A stretch of DNA of 64,000 bases from Clostridia bacterium (GCA_045586685.1 JAZNAU010000039.1:10024-74023), one strand, 5' to 3'. Positions 1-11,659 are shown, counted from the first letter of the stretch. Numbers and translations are program-made. Notes: generated by a model from the sequence alone, not told the origin.

Positions 1-696
1 AAACCCTACTTTTGTTTCCTTTTTCTTTTGCATTTCTTTTTTCTGACACGAAAGCAAAGCTTTTTCCACTATTTTTTCTGTTTCTTTTACATTTAAATTC
101 TTGTCTATAATTTCCTGTAACAGCTTTAATTGTACTTCTTCGTCATATATTTTCAGCAATGCTCTTGCATGACGTTCCGATAATTTATGAATGACCAGCT
201 GCCGTTTTACGGATTCGTTTAAACGAAGCAGTCTCATTTTATTAGCTACCGTTGACTGGTTTTTTCCAACCCGATCTGCTATCATTTCCTGAGTCATTCC
301 ATGAACCCGCATCAAGGTATCAAACGCAGTTGCTTCTTCCCAATAAGAAAGATTGCTTCTCTGAATATTTTCTATCAATGCCACCACTGCCGTATCCTTT
401 TCATCAAATTGTTTGATAATCACAGGAACTTCATGTAAACCCGCCTGTTTTGCAGCTTTTAATCTTCTTTCCCCTGCAATTAGCTCATATCCGTTTATAG
501 TTTTTCTAACTAATAATGGTTGTAAAATCCCATACTGACGAATGGACAGACACAACTCATCAATAGAATTTCTGTCAAACACCCGCCTTGGCTGATATGG
601 GCTTGGCATAATCTGTTCAGTAGAAATATAATGTACTTTATCCTCTGCTTGTCCGGTAACTTGCTCAAAAATCTCATTAAAATGAAAAATCGACAT
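1..696 (-). CDS. noc: ParB-family nucleoid occlusion protein (Noc-like), 3' end truncated by the window edge
   Basis: Not in the ORF track. Manual translation from ATG 696 (RBS AAGGAG) gives MSIFHFNEIF...PSPYQPRRVF...GILQPLLVR...YELIAGERRLKAAK...ALIENIQR..., then an HTH. Position downstream of rsmG is typical of noc. Confidence 0.85.
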   Translation of the reverse strand, partial: MSIFHFNEIFEQVTGQAEDKVHYISTEQIMPSPYQPRRVFDRNSIDELCLSIRQYGILQPLLVRKTINGYELIAGERRLKAAKQAGLHEVPVIIKQFDEKDTAVVALIENIQRSNLSYWEEATAFDTLMRVHGMTQEMIADRVGKNQSTVANKMRLLRLNESVKRQLVIHKLSERHARALLKIYDEEVQLKLLQEIIDKNLNVKETEKIVEKALLSCQKKEMQKKKETKVGF

Positions 697-804
697 CCCT
701 TTCTCTCCTTTATCCGGTATTTTTACAGTTCTATTATACCATAAATCAATAAATACGGAGAAAAAATCGTTCGACTTTTCAAAAAAATATTTAGTTGTTT
801 TTCG

Positions 805-1503
805 TTAAGATAAGGGGTTTTTCGAGGGGGTTCCCGCCTTGCGGGGGTACTTTTTAGGTGTATTTTCTGTTTTTTCAACGGAAATAACCGTATGACTGTC
901 GATTGTCGTTGTAACAAACTCTTTTGTCCTTCCGCCTAGTAGGGTAATGGCTTTTTTCGCCTGTTCCAGCTCTGCCTGACCCTGACTTCCTTTCATGGCA
1001 ATCCAGTATCCACCCTTTTTGACAAAGGGAAGACACAACTCTGCCAACACATTCATTGGTGCCACTGCTCTTGCAACCGCAAAGTCAAATTGCTCCCGAA
1101 ACTCCGACTTTTGTCCCGCGTCCTCAGCACGGGCATGAACAAAAGAAACTCCTTCCAAACCAAGGTCCTTTTGGACTTCTTCTAAAAAAGTCAATCGTTT
1201 TTGCAAGGAATCAAGAAGAACCATTTCAATAGAAGGACAAACAATTTTCAAGGGAATGGAAGGGAATCCCGCGCCCGTTCCCACATCAATCAATCTTCCT
1301 CTTTTCAACAATCCTGTTTCCAGACAGGTTAAGCTATCCACAAAATGTTTTTGCACTACTTCCTCGGCTTTCGTGATGGCAGTCAGATTCATTTTCTGAT
1401 TCCATTCAGTTAATAATTGGTAGTACCGTACAAATTGTTCAAGCTGTTTTTCGGTTAACATAACGTTAATTTTTTTTGCTTCGTTTTTTAAGTATTCTTT
1501 CAT
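805..1503 (-). CDS. rsmG: 16S rRNA m7G527 methyltransferase
   Basis: WNQKMNLTAI, HFVDSL, DVGTGAGFP, RAVA motifs; synteny with mnmG. Confidence 0.97.
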   Translation of the reverse strand: MKEYLKNEAKKINVMLTEKQLEQFVRYYQLLTEWNQKMNLTAITKAEEVVQKHFVDSLTCLETGLLKRGRLIDVGTGAGFPSIPLKIVCPSIEMVLLDSLQKRLTFLEEVQKDLGLEGVSFVHARAEDAGQKSEFREQFDFAVARAVAPMNVLAELCLPFVKKGGYWIAMKGSQGQAELEQAKKAITLLGGRTKEFVTTTIDSHTVISVEKTENTPKKYPRKAGTPSKNPLS

Positions 1504-1504
1504 A

Positions 1505-3364
1505 TTATTTGTTCAAATATACCATCAGAACGGCAATATCCGCCGAAGATACTCCTGAAATTCGGGATGCCTGCCCCAAGGATTCCGGTCGGATTTGGTC
1601 TAATTTCTGCCTTGCTTCCAGCCTTAAACCATAAATCTGATGATAATCAATCTCCTGTGGAATTTTTTTACTTTCCATTTTTAAAAATTGCTCTACTTGT
1701 TGTTTTTGTTTTTCAATATATCCCTGATATTTAATAGAAATATTTACCTGTTCTGTTACGTCAACCGGTAATTCCGGTCGTTCTTTGTCTGCAAACCCAA
1801 GCCCCTCATAGGTCACCGTTGGTCTTCGAATCAGTGCCGCAAGACGGATTCCGGTGGTCAATTTACTTTCTCCTTGTTCCTCCAGATAACGATTTAATTG
1901 GTCGGAAGGGGGGAGGGTAGTGGATTCACAACGCTTAATTTCTTGTTCTATAAGCCGCTGTTTTTCGCAAAATTCATCATACCGTTCCTGTGAAATCAAT
2001 CCGATTTCATAGCCCAATGGGGTCAATCTGGCATCTGCATTATCCTGTCTTAATAACAGCCGATATTCAGACCGTGCCGTCATCATTCGGTACGGCTCTC
2101 GGGTGCCCTTGGTCACCAAATCATCAATTAAGGTTCCAATGTATCCTTGGCTTCGGTCAATGATAACAGGTTTTTTTTCTTGAATTTTCCGTGCAGCATT
2201 GATTCCCGCAACCAAACCCTGAGCTGCTGCTTCCTCGTATCCTGATGAACCGTTAAACTGTCCTGCGCCATACAATCCGCTGATTTTTTTTACCTCCAAG
2301 GTAGGTTTTAATTGAAGTGGGTTGATACAATCATATTCAATGGCATACCCCGTCCTCATTACTTTGACGTTCTCAAGGCCAGAAACAGACCGCAAAAATT
2401 TTAACTGGACATCCTCTGGCAAACTGCTTGACATACCCTGTACATACATTTCCTTGGTATCAAGTCCTGTTGGTTCAATAAACAACTGATGCCGTTCCTT
2501 ATCGGGAAACCGCATCACTTTATCCTCAATAGAAGGGCAATATCGTGGACCCACCCCCTCAATTTGTCCTGAGTAAAGAGGGGAACGATGGATATTGTCA
2601 CGAATAATGTCATGAGTCGTCTGATTGGTATAAGTTAACCAGCAAGACAGCTTATTTTCTAACTTTTCCTTGGTGGCAAACGAAAAGGGAACAATCTCGT
2701 CATCACCTTTTTGCTCCTCCATTTTGCTGGTATCCACACTGTCAAAATGAACCCTTGCCGGAGTCCCCGTTTTAAACCTCATCAGTTCAATTCCCTGGTC
2801 AATCAGACATTGACTAAGCTTAGTCGCTGCAAACATTCCGTCAGGGCCGCCAGTATAAAACACATCACCAATAATGATTCTGCCTTGCAGATAGGTTCCG
2901 CTGGCAATAATAACAGCTTTTGCCCCGAATTCTGCACCTAAATGGGTCACCACACCCTTTACATGATTCTCTTCAAACAAAATTTCTGTTATTTCACATT
3001 GTTTTATATCAATGTTGGGCTCACGTTCCAGCCGTTTTTTCATTTCCTGCTGATATTTTCTTCTGTCTGCCTGCGCACGAAGAGAGTGAACCGCCGGACC
3101 TTTCCCTCTGTTTAACATTCTTGATTGCAAAAAGGTTTTATCAATCACATGGCCCATTTCGCCTCCCAATGCGTCAATTTCACGCACCAGATGACCTTTT
3201 GAGGTTCCGCCGATACGGGGATTGCAAGGTAAATTTGCAATAGCATCCAAATTCATAGTAAACAAAGCAACACTGCAACCCAGTCTTGCTCCCGCAAATG
3301 CCGCTTCACATCCTGCGTGTCCTGCACCGATAACGGCAATATCATAATCTCCTCCGTGATACAT
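1505..3364 (-). CDS. mnmG: tRNA uridine 5-carboxymethylaminomethyl modification enzyme GidA
   Basis: [32 protein letters not shown]. Start moved to ATG 3364 (MYHGGDY) to avoid overlap with mnmE. Confidence 0.97.
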   Translation of the reverse strand: MYHGGDYDIAVIGAGHAGCEAAFAGARLGCSVALFTMNLDAIANLPCNPRIGGTSKGHLVREIDALGGEMGHVIDKTFLQSRMLNRGKGPAVHSLRAQADRRKYQQEMKKRLEREPNIDIKQCEITEILFEENHVKGVVTHLGAEFGAKAVIIASGTYLQGRIIIGDVFYTGGPDGMFAATKLSQCLIDQGIELMRFKTGTPARVHFDSVDTSKMEEQKGDDEIVPFSFATKEKLENKLSCWLTYTNQTTHDIIRDNIHRSPLYSGQIEGVGPRYCPSIEDKVMRFPDKERHQLFIEPTGLDTKEMYVQGMSSSLPEDVQLKFLRSVSGLENVKVMRTGYAIEYDCINPLQLKPTLEVKKISGLYGAGQFNGSSGYEEAAAQGLVAGINAARKIQEKKPVIIDRSQGYIGTLIDDLVTKGTREPYRMMTARSEYRLLLRQDNADARLTPLGYEIGLISQERYDEFCEKQRLIEQEIKRCESTTLPPSDQLNRYLEEQGESKLTTGIRLAALIRRPTVTYEGLGFADKERPELPVDVTEQVNISIKYQGYIEKQKQQVEQFLKMESKKIPQEIDYHQIYGLRLEARQKLDQIRPESLGQASRISGVSSADIAVLMVYLNK

Positions 3365-3375
3365 CTCTTTCACTC

Positions 3376-4722
3376 CTATTTTCCTACACAAAAGTCCGCA
3401 AAGATATGCTTTACGGTATCTTCGCTGACTTCCAGTCCCGTAATTTGTCCCAAATACCTGCAAGCATCCGTTAAATCAATGGAAACCATGTCAAGTGGCA
3501 TTTCACGACCCAACAAAGCTTCCTCTATACTTTTTAGAGCTTGCTCTAAGCATTGTTTGTGCCTTACATTATTCATCAAAGGAGATTGGGACAACTCCCG
3601 CTCCTCCGTTACCGCTATCCTGTAAATTTCATCATAAAGAGCCTCCATTCCTTCTCCTGTCTTACAGGAAATGGGGAGTACATTCATTTCAATGTCCCAT
3701 TGGGAAGGTAAATCTCCTTTATTTTTCAGATATAATACTTGTTTTCCGTCCAATAAAGAAAAAATCTCCTTATCATTTTCATCCAAAGGACGGGACCCGT
3801 CCAAAACGAATAAAATCAAATCGCTTTTGGGTATCAATTCCTTGCTTTTTTCCACACCGATTTGTTCCACTTTGTCCTCTGTCTGACGAATTCCTGCTGT
3901 ATCAATCAACCGAACAGGGACACCTTTGATTTCCAATTCATCTTCTATAACATCACGGGTGGTTCCTTCAATTTCCGTTACGATTGCTTTTTGTTCTTTT
4001 AATAAGAAATTCAAAAGAGAGGATTTTCCCGCATTGGTTTTGCCGATAATCAACGTTTTCAAGCCGGTTTTTAAAATTCTTCCCCGCTCAAATTCTTTTA
4101 ATAAACAAATAATTTCCTTCTTAACGTTTTCTAATGCATTAAAAAATTCTTCTTTTTCCCATTCTTCTATTTCTTCATCGGGAAAGTCAATCACCGCCAG
4201 AATTTTTGCATTGATGGATACAATTTTTTCCCTCAATCCGTTAATTTTTTGCGAGATACCGCCCGCTAACTGACCGGCAGATTGATAGACTGCACTTTCC
4301 GCACCGGAATTTATTAAATCGATCACAGCCTCTGCTTGAGAAAGGTCCATTTTCCCATTTAAAAATGCACGTTTTGAAAACTCTCCTCGCTCTGCATTTC
4401 TGGCTCCCCCACGGAGAACCTCTTCTAATACCAGCAAGGTGTTTTTCACACCGCCGTGACAATAAATTTCAACTGTGTTTTCACCCGTAAAGGAGGAAGG
4501 TGCCCGAAAAACACCGCACAATACCTGGTCAATGACTGTTTCGTTTTTCATAATTTTCCCGTATACCATGGTGTATCCTGCTGTTTCTGCCAAGGTCTTA
4601 TTTCCGCGAAAAATTCGATCACAAATGGAAAAAGCATCTTTTCCGCTGACCCGAATCATAGAGACCGCACCCTTTCCGGGTGGTGTGGACACGGCAGCAA
4701 TGGTGTCCTCTGTCATCATCAT
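3376..4722 (-). CDS. mnmE: tRNA modification GTPase TrmE
   Basis: [31 protein letters not shown]-terminal FCVGK; start at 4722 after GGAGGT. Confidence 0.97.
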   Translation of the reverse strand: MMMTEDTIAAVSTPPGKGAVSMIRVSGKDAFSICDRIFRGNKTLAETAGYTMVYGKIMKNETVIDQVLCGVFRAPSSFTGENTVEIYCHGGVKNTLLVLEEVLRGGARNAERGEFSKRAFLNGKMDLSQAEAVIDLINSGAESAVYQSAGQLAGGISQKINGLREKIVSINAKILAVIDFPDEEIEEWEKEEFFNALENVKKEIICLLKEFERGRILKTGLKTLIIGKTNAGKSSLLNFLLKEQKAIVTEIEGTTRDVIEDELEIKGVPVRLIDTAGIRQTEDKVEQIGVEKSKELIPKSDLILFVLDGSRPLDENDKEIFSLLDGKQVLYLKNKGDLPSQWDIEMNVLPISCKTGEGMEALYDEIYRIAVTEERELSQSPLMNNVRHKQCLEQALKSIEEALLGREMPLDMVSIDLTDACRYLGQITGLEVSEDTVKHIFADFCVGK

Positions 4723-4792
4723 TTCCAAGACCTCCTTATCGTAAAATGGCGAGGAAACCATCATTTCCTCGCCAATGTGTTTGCATTATTTC

Positions 4793-5533
4793 TTATTCCT
4801 CATCCGACTGAACAGGCCGTCTGTAGCTTCGACGGTTATAATTATTATTTCTTTTCATTGCGTTTTTTGGACTGATGATAATTTTTCTGTTTGGTTCTTC
4901 ACCTACACTGTAAGTTTGAATCATATCATCCTCCTGCAATGCGGAGTGAATGATTTTACGTTCGTAAGCATTCATCGGCTCCAAGGAAACATTTCTTCTG
5001 TTTTTCTTTGCTTTTTCTGCCAAGCGAAGTGCAAGATTTTGCAAAGTTTTCTCTCTTTCGCTTCTGTAATTTTCCGTATCCAAAGAAATCTTATAATAAT
5101 CGTCAGATGACTTATTGACAGCCAATGTGGTCAGATATTGTAATGCATCAAGGGTTTCCCCCCGTCTGCCGATTACTGCTCCCATTTCATCCCCCGAAAG
5201 ATTGATGCGGATTTCTTTTTCGCCTATTGTATATTCCACTTTTACTTCCAGATTCATTTTTTCAAATACTTGGGATAAAAATTCTTTTGCTTTATTTCCT
5301 GCATTGTGACCCTGTTCATATTTTTCTGGGGAGATTTCTTGTGCCGGTTCGTCCTGTTCCTCCAGTGCTGTCAGCCTTACCTTTGCCGGTTTGCTTCCAA
5401 TACCTAAAAATCCGCTTTTTTCTCTTTCAATAATTTCAACAGTAACCTCTGCTTCGCTTAAGCCTAATGTTTGTAAGCCTTGCTTCATTGCTTCTTCTAC
5501 TGTTTTTCCTTCTTGTTCAATTTGTCTTCTCAT
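4793..5533 (-). CDS. jag: Jag/EloR (KhpB) RNA-binding protein (Jag_N, KH, R3H)
   Basis: EGKTVEEA, IGRRGETLDALQYL, ERKIIH (R3H); synteny. Confidence 0.95.
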   Translation of the reverse strand: MRRQIEQEGKTVEEAMKQGLQTLGLSEAEVTVEIIEREKSGFLGIGSKPAKVRLTALEEQDEPAQEISPEKYEQGHNAGNKAKEFLSQVFEKMNLEVKVEYTIGEKEIRINLSGDEMGAVIGRRGETLDALQYLTTLAVNKSSDDYYKISLDTENYRSEREKTLQNLALRLAEKAKKNRRNVSLEPMNAYERKIIHSALQEDDMIQTYSVGEEPNRKIIISPKNAMKRNNNYNRRSYRRPVQSDEE

Positions 5534-5534
5534 A

Positions 5535-6407
5535 TTACATTTCACCGTCTTTCTTTTTCGACGAAAACTTTTCCATCATCACTTTTCTGTTAAACCATAA
5601 TTGCTGTAAAATGGATAATACATTATTGATAATCCAGTACAATCCTACACCGGAAGGCATCATAAAACAAAAATACCCTGTCATCAAAGGCATAATGGTC
5701 ATCATGCTCTTGCCCATAGATGCCGCATTATCATCGGTATTCATATTAGGCTGTGTCCATGTTGTAATCTTACTGGTCAAATAGGTTGTAATAACCGCTA
5801 AAACCGGAATAATCCATAGTAAACTGATTTTCGATAATTGGGGAGTTGTTGCTAAATCCAACCCCAAAAAATTAAAATCGATAGACTGTATTCCATCAGG
5901 TAAAATATCTCCTAATTTCTGAATCACATCAGGAGTCATTTTATTTGCAATTTCTATTTCTTTTGTCATCAAAATGTTTTTATTGGTTACATTGATATCT
6001 AACTTCAATGCATTGATAATTTTAATAACCGTTTCTGACCCAATGCCCATAATGTAGGTCATAGGTTGATTGATGACACGATACAACGCAAAAATAATAG
6101 GAAACTGAATCAACATGGGCAAACATCCTGCCGCAGGGTTTACATTATGCTGTTCATATAGCTTCATCGTTTCTTTTTGCAGTTTTTCTTTGTCATTTTT
6201 GTACTTTTTATTTATTTTTGCCAGCTCAGGCTGTATTAAGCGCATTTGATCCATTGACTTCTGCTGTTTCACATTCAGCGGAAAAATCAACAGTTTCATC
6301 AAAATTGAAAACAAAATAATAGCCAGGCCGTAATTATTCACAATCTGATAAATGAATTTTAATACAGGACCCAGCACAGGCGCTAGAAACGCCAACGCAT
6401 TCATCAT
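5535..6407 (-). CDS. yidC: Membrane protein insertase YidC/SpoIIIJ
   Basis: NYGLAII, GCLPMLIQFPI, GVGLYW; synteny. Confidence 0.95.
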   Translation of the reverse strand: MMNALAFLAPVLGPVLKFIYQIVNNYGLAIILFSILMKLLIFPLNVKQQKSMDQMRLIQPELAKINKKYKNDKEKLQKETMKLYEQHNVNPAAGCLPMLIQFPIIFALYRVINQPMTYIMGIGSETVIKIINALKLDINVTNKNILMTKEIEIANKMTPDVIQKLGDILPDGIQSIDFNFLGLDLATTPQLSKISLLWIIPVLAVITTYLTSKITTWTQPNMNTDDNAASMGKSMMTIMPLMTGYFCFMMPSGVGLYWIINNVLSILQQLWFNRKVMMEKFSSKKKDGEM

Positions 6408-6425
6408 AAAAACTCGTTCCTCCTA

Positions 6426-6638
6426 CTATTTAACGGGATCATATCCGCCTTTGCAAAAAGGATTACATCTCACAATCCTCTTGATTGCCATCCATCCTCC
6501 TCGCACAGCACCGTACTTTTCCACTGCCTCTATGGCATACACCGAACAGGTGGGATAATACCTGCAACATGGTTTTTTTAAGGGAGAAATAAATTTCCGA
6601 TATCCTTTTATCAAATATATTACTATTTTTTTCATCAT
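6426..6638 (-). CDS. yidD: Membrane protein insertion efficiency factor
   Basis: [10 protein letters not shown]...[13 protein letters not shown]. Confidence 0.95.
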   Translation of the reverse strand: MMKKIVIYLIKGYRKFISPLKKPCCRYYPTCSVYAIEAVEKYGAVRGGWMAIKRIVRCNPFCKGGYDPVK

Positions 6639-6973
6639 TTTTTTTCAAGATTACAAGCAGAAAATAAAGAAAGAAGAGAAGAACGGATGGTATAGAAATC
6701 CGCATTTGCCGCTTTTGAACGTGCAACTACAACAAAATCATACCCTTGTACAATTCTTTCCTCATTTATCCTGTAATTTTCTTTAATCAATCTTCTGATA
6801 CGGTTTCTCACAACTGCGGTTCCAACCTTTTTACTTACCGTAATTCCCAAATGATTTTCCTGTCCGCGGTTTTTCCGATAATAAAGAACCAGATACTTGT
6901 CCGACATAGACTTTGCCGAACGGTACATCCTGCGAAACTGAAAATTCTTGTTCATTGATGTTGTATACCGCAT
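6635..6973 (-). CDS. rnpA: Ribonuclease P protein component
   Basis: [19 protein letters not shown] (RNR motif). Confidence 0.96.
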   Translation of the reverse strand: MRYTTSMNKNFQFRRMYRSAKSMSDKYLVLYYRKNRGQENHLGITVSKKVGTAVVRNRIRRLIKENYRINEERIVQGYDFVVVARSKAANADFYTIRSSLLSLFSACNLEKK

Positions 6974-7048
6974 AACAATCTCCCTATTGAAGAAGGAAAA
7001 AGACCACTCGGGTGGTCTTTTGAAAATCCCCCGTCTATGCTTCTGCCT

Positions 7049-7183
7049 TTATGCAGACAGCTTTGCTCTGCCCTTCAGTCTTCTGCGAGCCAGCACCTTT
7101 CTTCCATTGGCAGTGCTCATTCTTTTTCTGAAGCCATGCTCCTTGCTTCTCTGACGCTTTTTGGGTTGATATGTTCTTTTCAT
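7049..7183 (-). CDS. rpmH: 50S ribosomal protein L34
   Basis: Not in the ORF track. Manual translation [44 protein letters not shown] (44 aa); RBS AGGAGGTG. Confidence 0.97.
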   Translation of the reverse strand: MKRTYQPKKRQRSKEHGFRKRMSTANGRKVLARRRLKGRAKLSA

Positions 7184-7439
7184 CTATGAATACACCTCCT
7201 TGCAAATAATAAACAAACCAAAATTCCCTTTACGAAAAGGGATACAAAAATGATTATACTTTATTTTATAGGCATTTGTCAATACAAATTTAAAAAAATT
7301 TCTATTTTAATGAAAAATTTTTTTATTTTTCTCACTTTTTCTATATTTTTTCTTGCAAATTTGTTATTTTTTTGATATAATGGTAAGGGTACTATTATAT
7401 TTATATATATTATATTTAAAGAAGAGGAAAAAGAGGTGA

Positions 7440-8756
7440 ATGATTACGAATACACAACATATATGGGAAAGAGCTTTGGCAATTTTAAAGGACGAAGTTT
7501 CTGAAATCGCATATAAAACCTGGTTTGCTGCTCTCACTCCCTTGGATTTTAAAAACCAAATATTTATTCTTTCTGCTCCCAATGATATTCATAAAAATAT
7601 GATTGTCAATAAATATCTGCCTCTGTTGCAAAGTGCAGTGGAAATGGCAGCCAATCAGGAATTAGAAATTGAATTATTGTTGCAGAATGAATATGTTTCT
7701 TCTCAGCCAAAATCTCAGCCTTCTTTTCATTCTAATTTAAATCCTAAATACACATTTGAAGAATTTGTTGTGGGGGAAAATAATAAATATGCTCATGCGG
7801 CATGTCTTGCAGTAGCAGAAAATCCTGCTATGATTTATAATCCTCTTTTTATTTACGGAAATTCAGGCTTGGGAAAAACTCATTTAATTCATTCCGTAGG
7901 ACATTATATTTTACAAAACAGTCCTGATGTCAAGATTATGTATGTGACCAGTGAAAAATTTACAAACGACATGATCAATGCAATCAAAGACGGAAGAATG
8001 GAAGAATTCAGAAGTATTTATCGATATGTGGATGTGTTGATGATAGATGACATTCAATTTTTTACCGGAAAGGTACGAGCACAGGAAGAATTATTCCATT
8101 GCTTTAATACTTTGTATGAAGCGAACAAACAGTTGATTTTTACCAGTGACCGTCCTCCAAAGGATATTGCTGTCTTGGAAGAAAGAATCAAAACCAGACT
8201 GGAAAGCGGGTTAATTATGGACTTGCAACCGCCTGACTTTGAAACAAGAGTTGCCATCTTAAGAAAAAAAGCACAATCTAACAATATTGAAATTCCTGAT
8301 AATATTATTGATTTAGTGGCAAACACCATTAAATCAAACATCAGAGAATTAGAAGGTGTTTTAAAAAGAATTCACGTTATGAAAACCTTATCCCACGAAC
8401 CCATTACTGAAGATAAGGTAACCGATATTTTACGTAACTTTTTCCATAGCGGTGATGACACTGTTCTATCGAATCAGGAAGTTTTAAAAGAAGTATCTCG
8501 TTATTTTGACATTCCGCAGGAAGAAATTCTTTCTAAAAAAAGAACAAAAGAAATTGCTTATGTCCGTCAGATCGCCATGTATCTGTGCCGTGAAATAGTG
8601 GGTGATTCATTAAAAGAAGTGGGTAACTTTTTTGGTAAAAAAGACCATTCCACTGTTTTACATGCCTGTGATAAAATTGAATCTGAAATGAAAAAAGACA
8701 TTGAGCTTCAAAATCAGATTGTTGATATTACAAAAAATATAAGACATGGAAATTAA
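7440..8756 (+). CDS. dnaA: Chromosomal replication initiator DnaA
   Basis: LNPKYTFEEFVVG, YNPLFIYGNSGLGKTHL, DDIQF, RQIAMYL, DHSTVLHA. Confidence 0.98.
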   Translation: MITNTQHIWERALAILKDEVSEIAYKTWFAALTPLDFKNQIFILSAPNDIHKNMIVNKYLPLLQSAVEMAANQELEIELLLQNEYVSSQPKSQPSFHSNLNPKYTFEEFVVGENNKYAHAACLAVAENPAMIYNPLFIYGNSGLGKTHLIHSVGHYILQNSPDVKIMYVTSEKFTNDMINAIKDGRMEEFRSIYRYVDVLMIDDIQFFTGKVRAQEELFHCFNTLYEANKQLIFTSDRPPKDIAVLEERIKTRLESGLIMDLQPPDFETRVAILRKKAQSNNIEIPDNIIDLVANTIKSNIRELEGVLKRIHVMKTLSHEPITEDKVTDILRNFFHSGDDTVLSNQEVLKEVSRYFDIPQEEILSKKRTKEIAYVRQIAMYLCREIVGDSLKEVGNFFGKKDHSTVLHACDKIESEMKKDIELQNQIVDITKNIRHGN

Positions 8757-8970
8757 GATTTATCCACTGCTTTTTCCACATTTGTGAATGAATAACTTGT
8801 GGATAAAAAGGAAAGAAAAAAAGTTATTCTTTTTTATCAACATCCTGTGTTTATAAAAATGCAAGGAATGAAAATTTATTTTCTCACTTTTCCACAAACT
8901 CACATTCCTTATTACTACTATTTATAAATTTTATTTATTCTTTTATTTTGATGAAAGGAGAAAAAATGAT
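8757..8970. other. oriC: Replication origin oriC (DnaA boxes, DnaA-trios, AT-rich unwinding element)
   Basis: DnaA boxes TTATCCACT 8760, TTTTCCACA 8772, TGTGGATAA 8798 (perfect), TTATCAACA 8834 and TTTTCCACA 8888, then TTATTACTACTA trios (~8909-8920) and an AT-rich tract, between dnaA and dnaN as in B. subtilis. Confidence 0.9.
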
Positions 8971-10080
8971 ATGAAATTCTCATGCGATAAAAATGTTTTA
9001 AATGAAGTTGTTTCTACCGTTCAAAAAGCTGTTAGTGCAAGAAGTAACGTTCCTGTTTTGGAAGGAATTCTGATAGAAGCAAATGCAGACGGAACTTTGA
9101 AGCTTTATGGAAACGATCTTGACCTTGCAATAGAAAGCTTTATGAGTGCAACTGTTACAGAACCGGGAAGTATTGTGATAAACGCAAGATTTTTTGGCGA
9201 TGTAATCAGAAAGATGGAGGAAAATGTTTTTTATTTTCAGGCAGACTCAGATTGTAATATTCAAATGAAATGCGGTTCTGCAGAGTTTTCTGTGATGGGG
9301 ATTTCTTCTCACGAATTTCCTGAAATTTCGTCTGTTGAAGAAAAGGATTCCTTTACGATAAAGGACAAGGTCTTAAAAAATATGATTAAAAATACCATTT
9401 ATGCAGTTTGTCTGGATGAAAATAAAGTTGCCTTAACAGGATCTTTATTTGAAATAGAGGATGGTTTCTTATCTGTTGTTTCGGTAGATGGATTCCGTCT
9501 TGCATTGAGAAAAGAAGAAATTTCTTCTCCCTGTGACAATCAATCCTTTATCATTCCCTCAAAAGTTCTGAATGAAGTTATGAAAATTTTAAAGGATTCT
9601 GAAAATGATGTGAAAATCGGTATTTCTGATAATAAAGTTCAGTTTGAAATAGAAAACTTTAAAATGATAAGCCGTTTATTAGAAGGGGAATTTTTAAATT
9701 ATAAACAAATTATTCCAACCCAAAGTAAGCTGAAGGTAACAGCAGGTGTCAGAAAACTTAGCGATTGTTTGGAAAGAGCGGCTTTGATGATTGCTAACGA
9801 AGGAACAAAATATCCTGTCAGATTGTCTATCAAGACAGATAAAATAAATGTAAGCTGTGCATCCCGTTACGGAAAAATGTCTGATACAGCAGAAGCTGTT
9901 ACTCAGGGAGAAGATTTAGACATAGGATTTAACTACCGTTACTTATTAGACGCCCTCAAAGCGTGCGAATGTGAAATGGTAATGATGGAATTCAGCTCAC
10001 CTCATAGCCCCTGTATTATTAAACCGGAGAAGGGCGACAGTTTTGTATTTCTGGTATTGCCCGTAAGAATGAAAGAATGA
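8971..10080 (+). CDS. dnaN: DNA polymerase III beta clamp
   Basis: PVLEGILI, SVDGFRLA, RLLEGEF, GFNYRYLLD, LVLPVR. Confidence 0.97.
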   Translation: MKFSCDKNVLNEVVSTVQKAVSARSNVPVLEGILIEANADGTLKLYGNDLDLAIESFMSATVTEPGSIVINARFFGDVIRKMEENVFYFQADSDCNIQMKCGSAEFSVMGISSHEFPEISSVEEKDSFTIKDKVLKNMIKNTIYAVCLDENKVALTGSLFEIEDGFLSVVSVDGFRLALRKEEISSPCDNQSFIIPSKVLNEVMKILKDSENDVKIGISDNKVQFEIENFKMISRLLEGEFLNYKQIIPTQSKLKVTAGVRKLSDCLERAALMIANEGTKYPVRLSIKTDKINVSCASRYGKMSDTAEAVTQGEDLDIGFNYRYLLDALKACECEMVMMEFSSPHSPCIIKPEKGDSFVFLVLPVRMKE

Positions 10081-10295
10081 TTGTTTTGGAAATTACCACC
10101 GACATGATTCGTCTTGGTCAGCTGTTAAAGGTAAGCGGGATTGCAGAAAACGGGGGAGCAGCAAAGGCAATGATTTTAGATGGATTAGTATCGGTGAACG
10201 GAGAAGTTACTTTACAACGAGGAAAGCAGATTGTATCGGGAGATAAGGTGAAGGTAATGAATCAAGAAATTCTGGTACAGCGGGAAAAAGTATGA
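10077..10295 (+). CDS. yaaA: S4-domain RNA-binding protein YaaA
   Basis: IRLGQLLKVSG...GGAAK...VNGE...RGKQ; synteny. Confidence 0.9.
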   Translation: MIVLEITTDMIRLGQLLKVSGIAENGGAAKAMILDGLVSVNGEVTLQRGKQIVSGDKVKVMNQEILVQREKV

Positions 10296-11395
10296 TTATC
10301 AATAAACTAATGCTCCATCAGTTTCGTAATTATGAACAACAGGAGATACAGTTTTCTCCCGGTGTCAATGTGTTGTACGGCAATAATGCTCAGGGAAAAA
10401 CAAATGTGTTGGAAGCTATTTATTTATTTTCAAACGGAAAATCTCATCGGGGAGTCAAGGATAAGGAATTATTGATGTTTGACCGCCCCAACGGGGATTT
10501 AACGATGTTTTTTGATGCCTATGAGCGGGAAAACAGGGCAGAAATAGAAATATTTTCGGACAAAAGAAAAAAGATTCGCTTAAATGGTGTTGCACTTAAC
10601 AGAGTCAGCAGAATGATTGGTTATTTTCAAACGGTGTTGTTTTGTCCTGAGGATTTGTATCTGATCAAGGGAGGACCGGGAGAAAGAAGAAGGTTTTTAG
10701 ACAGTGCCATCAGCCCTTTAAAACCCAATTATTTTACTGCCCTTGTTCAATATCAGAAAATTCTTGAAAATAAAAATAAATTATTAAGACAAATGGGAGA
10801 ATTTCCTGAATTTAGCCAGACTCTTGATATATGGAATGAAAAGTTGTGTGAAACGGGAGCCAGACTTATGGTGTACCGTTCCGCATTTATTAACAAATTA
10901 AACGAAATATGCGGTGAAATTTATCAGGATATGGCAGGCGGAAAAGAAACACTTCAACTTCGTTATAAACCATCTGCAGAAGTGATGATAGAAGATGAAA
11001 TGTCTGTTAAAAATCAACTGATGGAAATAACAGAAAAAAATAAAACCCGCGAATTGGCAGCAATGATGAGTCTGACCGGTCCTCATCGGGACGAAATAGA
11101 GTTATATATTAACGGTGCTCAGGTCAAACAGTTTGCTTCTCAAGGACAGCAAAGGACGGTAGTTCTTACTATGAAAATTGCCCAGATAGAGTTGGTAAAA
11201 CAATCGGTGGGAGAGTATCCTGTTTTGTTGCTGGATGATATTTTATCAGAGCTTGACAAAAGCAGACAAAGTTTTTTACTGGAAAGAATCCGTTGCAGTC
11301 AGGTCATTATGACCTGTACCGATGCTTATGCAATCGGGCGGGGAGAAAATAAAAGCTTTTATTCTGTACAAAACGGAATTGTAACAAAGGAGTAA
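10292..11395 (+). CDS. recF: DNA replication/repair protein RecF
   Basis: GNNAQGKTN, GPHRDE, SQGQQR, LLLDDILSELD. Confidence 0.97.
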   Translation: MIINKLMLHQFRNYEQQEIQFSPGVNVLYGNNAQGKTNVLEAIYLFSNGKSHRGVKDKELLMFDRPNGDLTMFFDAYERENRAEIEIFSDKRKKIRLNGVALNRVSRMIGYFQTVLFCPEDLYLIKGGPGERRRFLDSAISPLKPNYFTALVQYQKILENKNKLLRQMGEFPEFSQTLDIWNEKLCETGARLMVYRSAFINKLNEICGEIYQDMAGGKETLQLRYKPSAEVMIEDEMSVKNQLMEITEKNKTRELAAMMSLTGPHRDEIELYINGAQVKQFASQGQQRTVVLTMKIAQIELVKQSVGEYPVLLLDDILSELDKSRQSFLLERIRCSQVIMTCTDAYAIGRGENKSFYSVQNGIVTKE

Positions 11396-11401
11396 GCAGT
11401 A

Positions 11402-11659
11402 ATGTATCTTCATTTGGGACAGGATGTGGTGGTAAACACCATAGATGTGATTGCTATTTTGGATATGGATAATACCACTATTTCAAAAATAACCAAAGAA
11501 TTTTTAAAAAGCTCGGAGGAAGAAGGATTTGTGGTCAATGTTTCAGAAGACCTTCCAAAATCCTATGTATTATGTGAAAGAAATGGAAAACCGTATGTGT
11601 ATATTTCTCCCATTTCTTCTTCCACTTTATTAAAAAGAGCGGAACAAAGCCGCATATAG
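11402..11659 (+). CDS. remB: RemB/DUF370 family protein
   Basis: MYLHLGQDVVV...PKSYV...YISPISSSTLLKR; lies between recF and gyrB. Confidence 0.88.
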   Translation: MYLHLGQDVVVNTIDVIAILDMDNTTISKITKEFLKSSEEEGFVVNVSEDLPKSYVLCERNGKPYVYISPISSSTLLKRAEQSRI

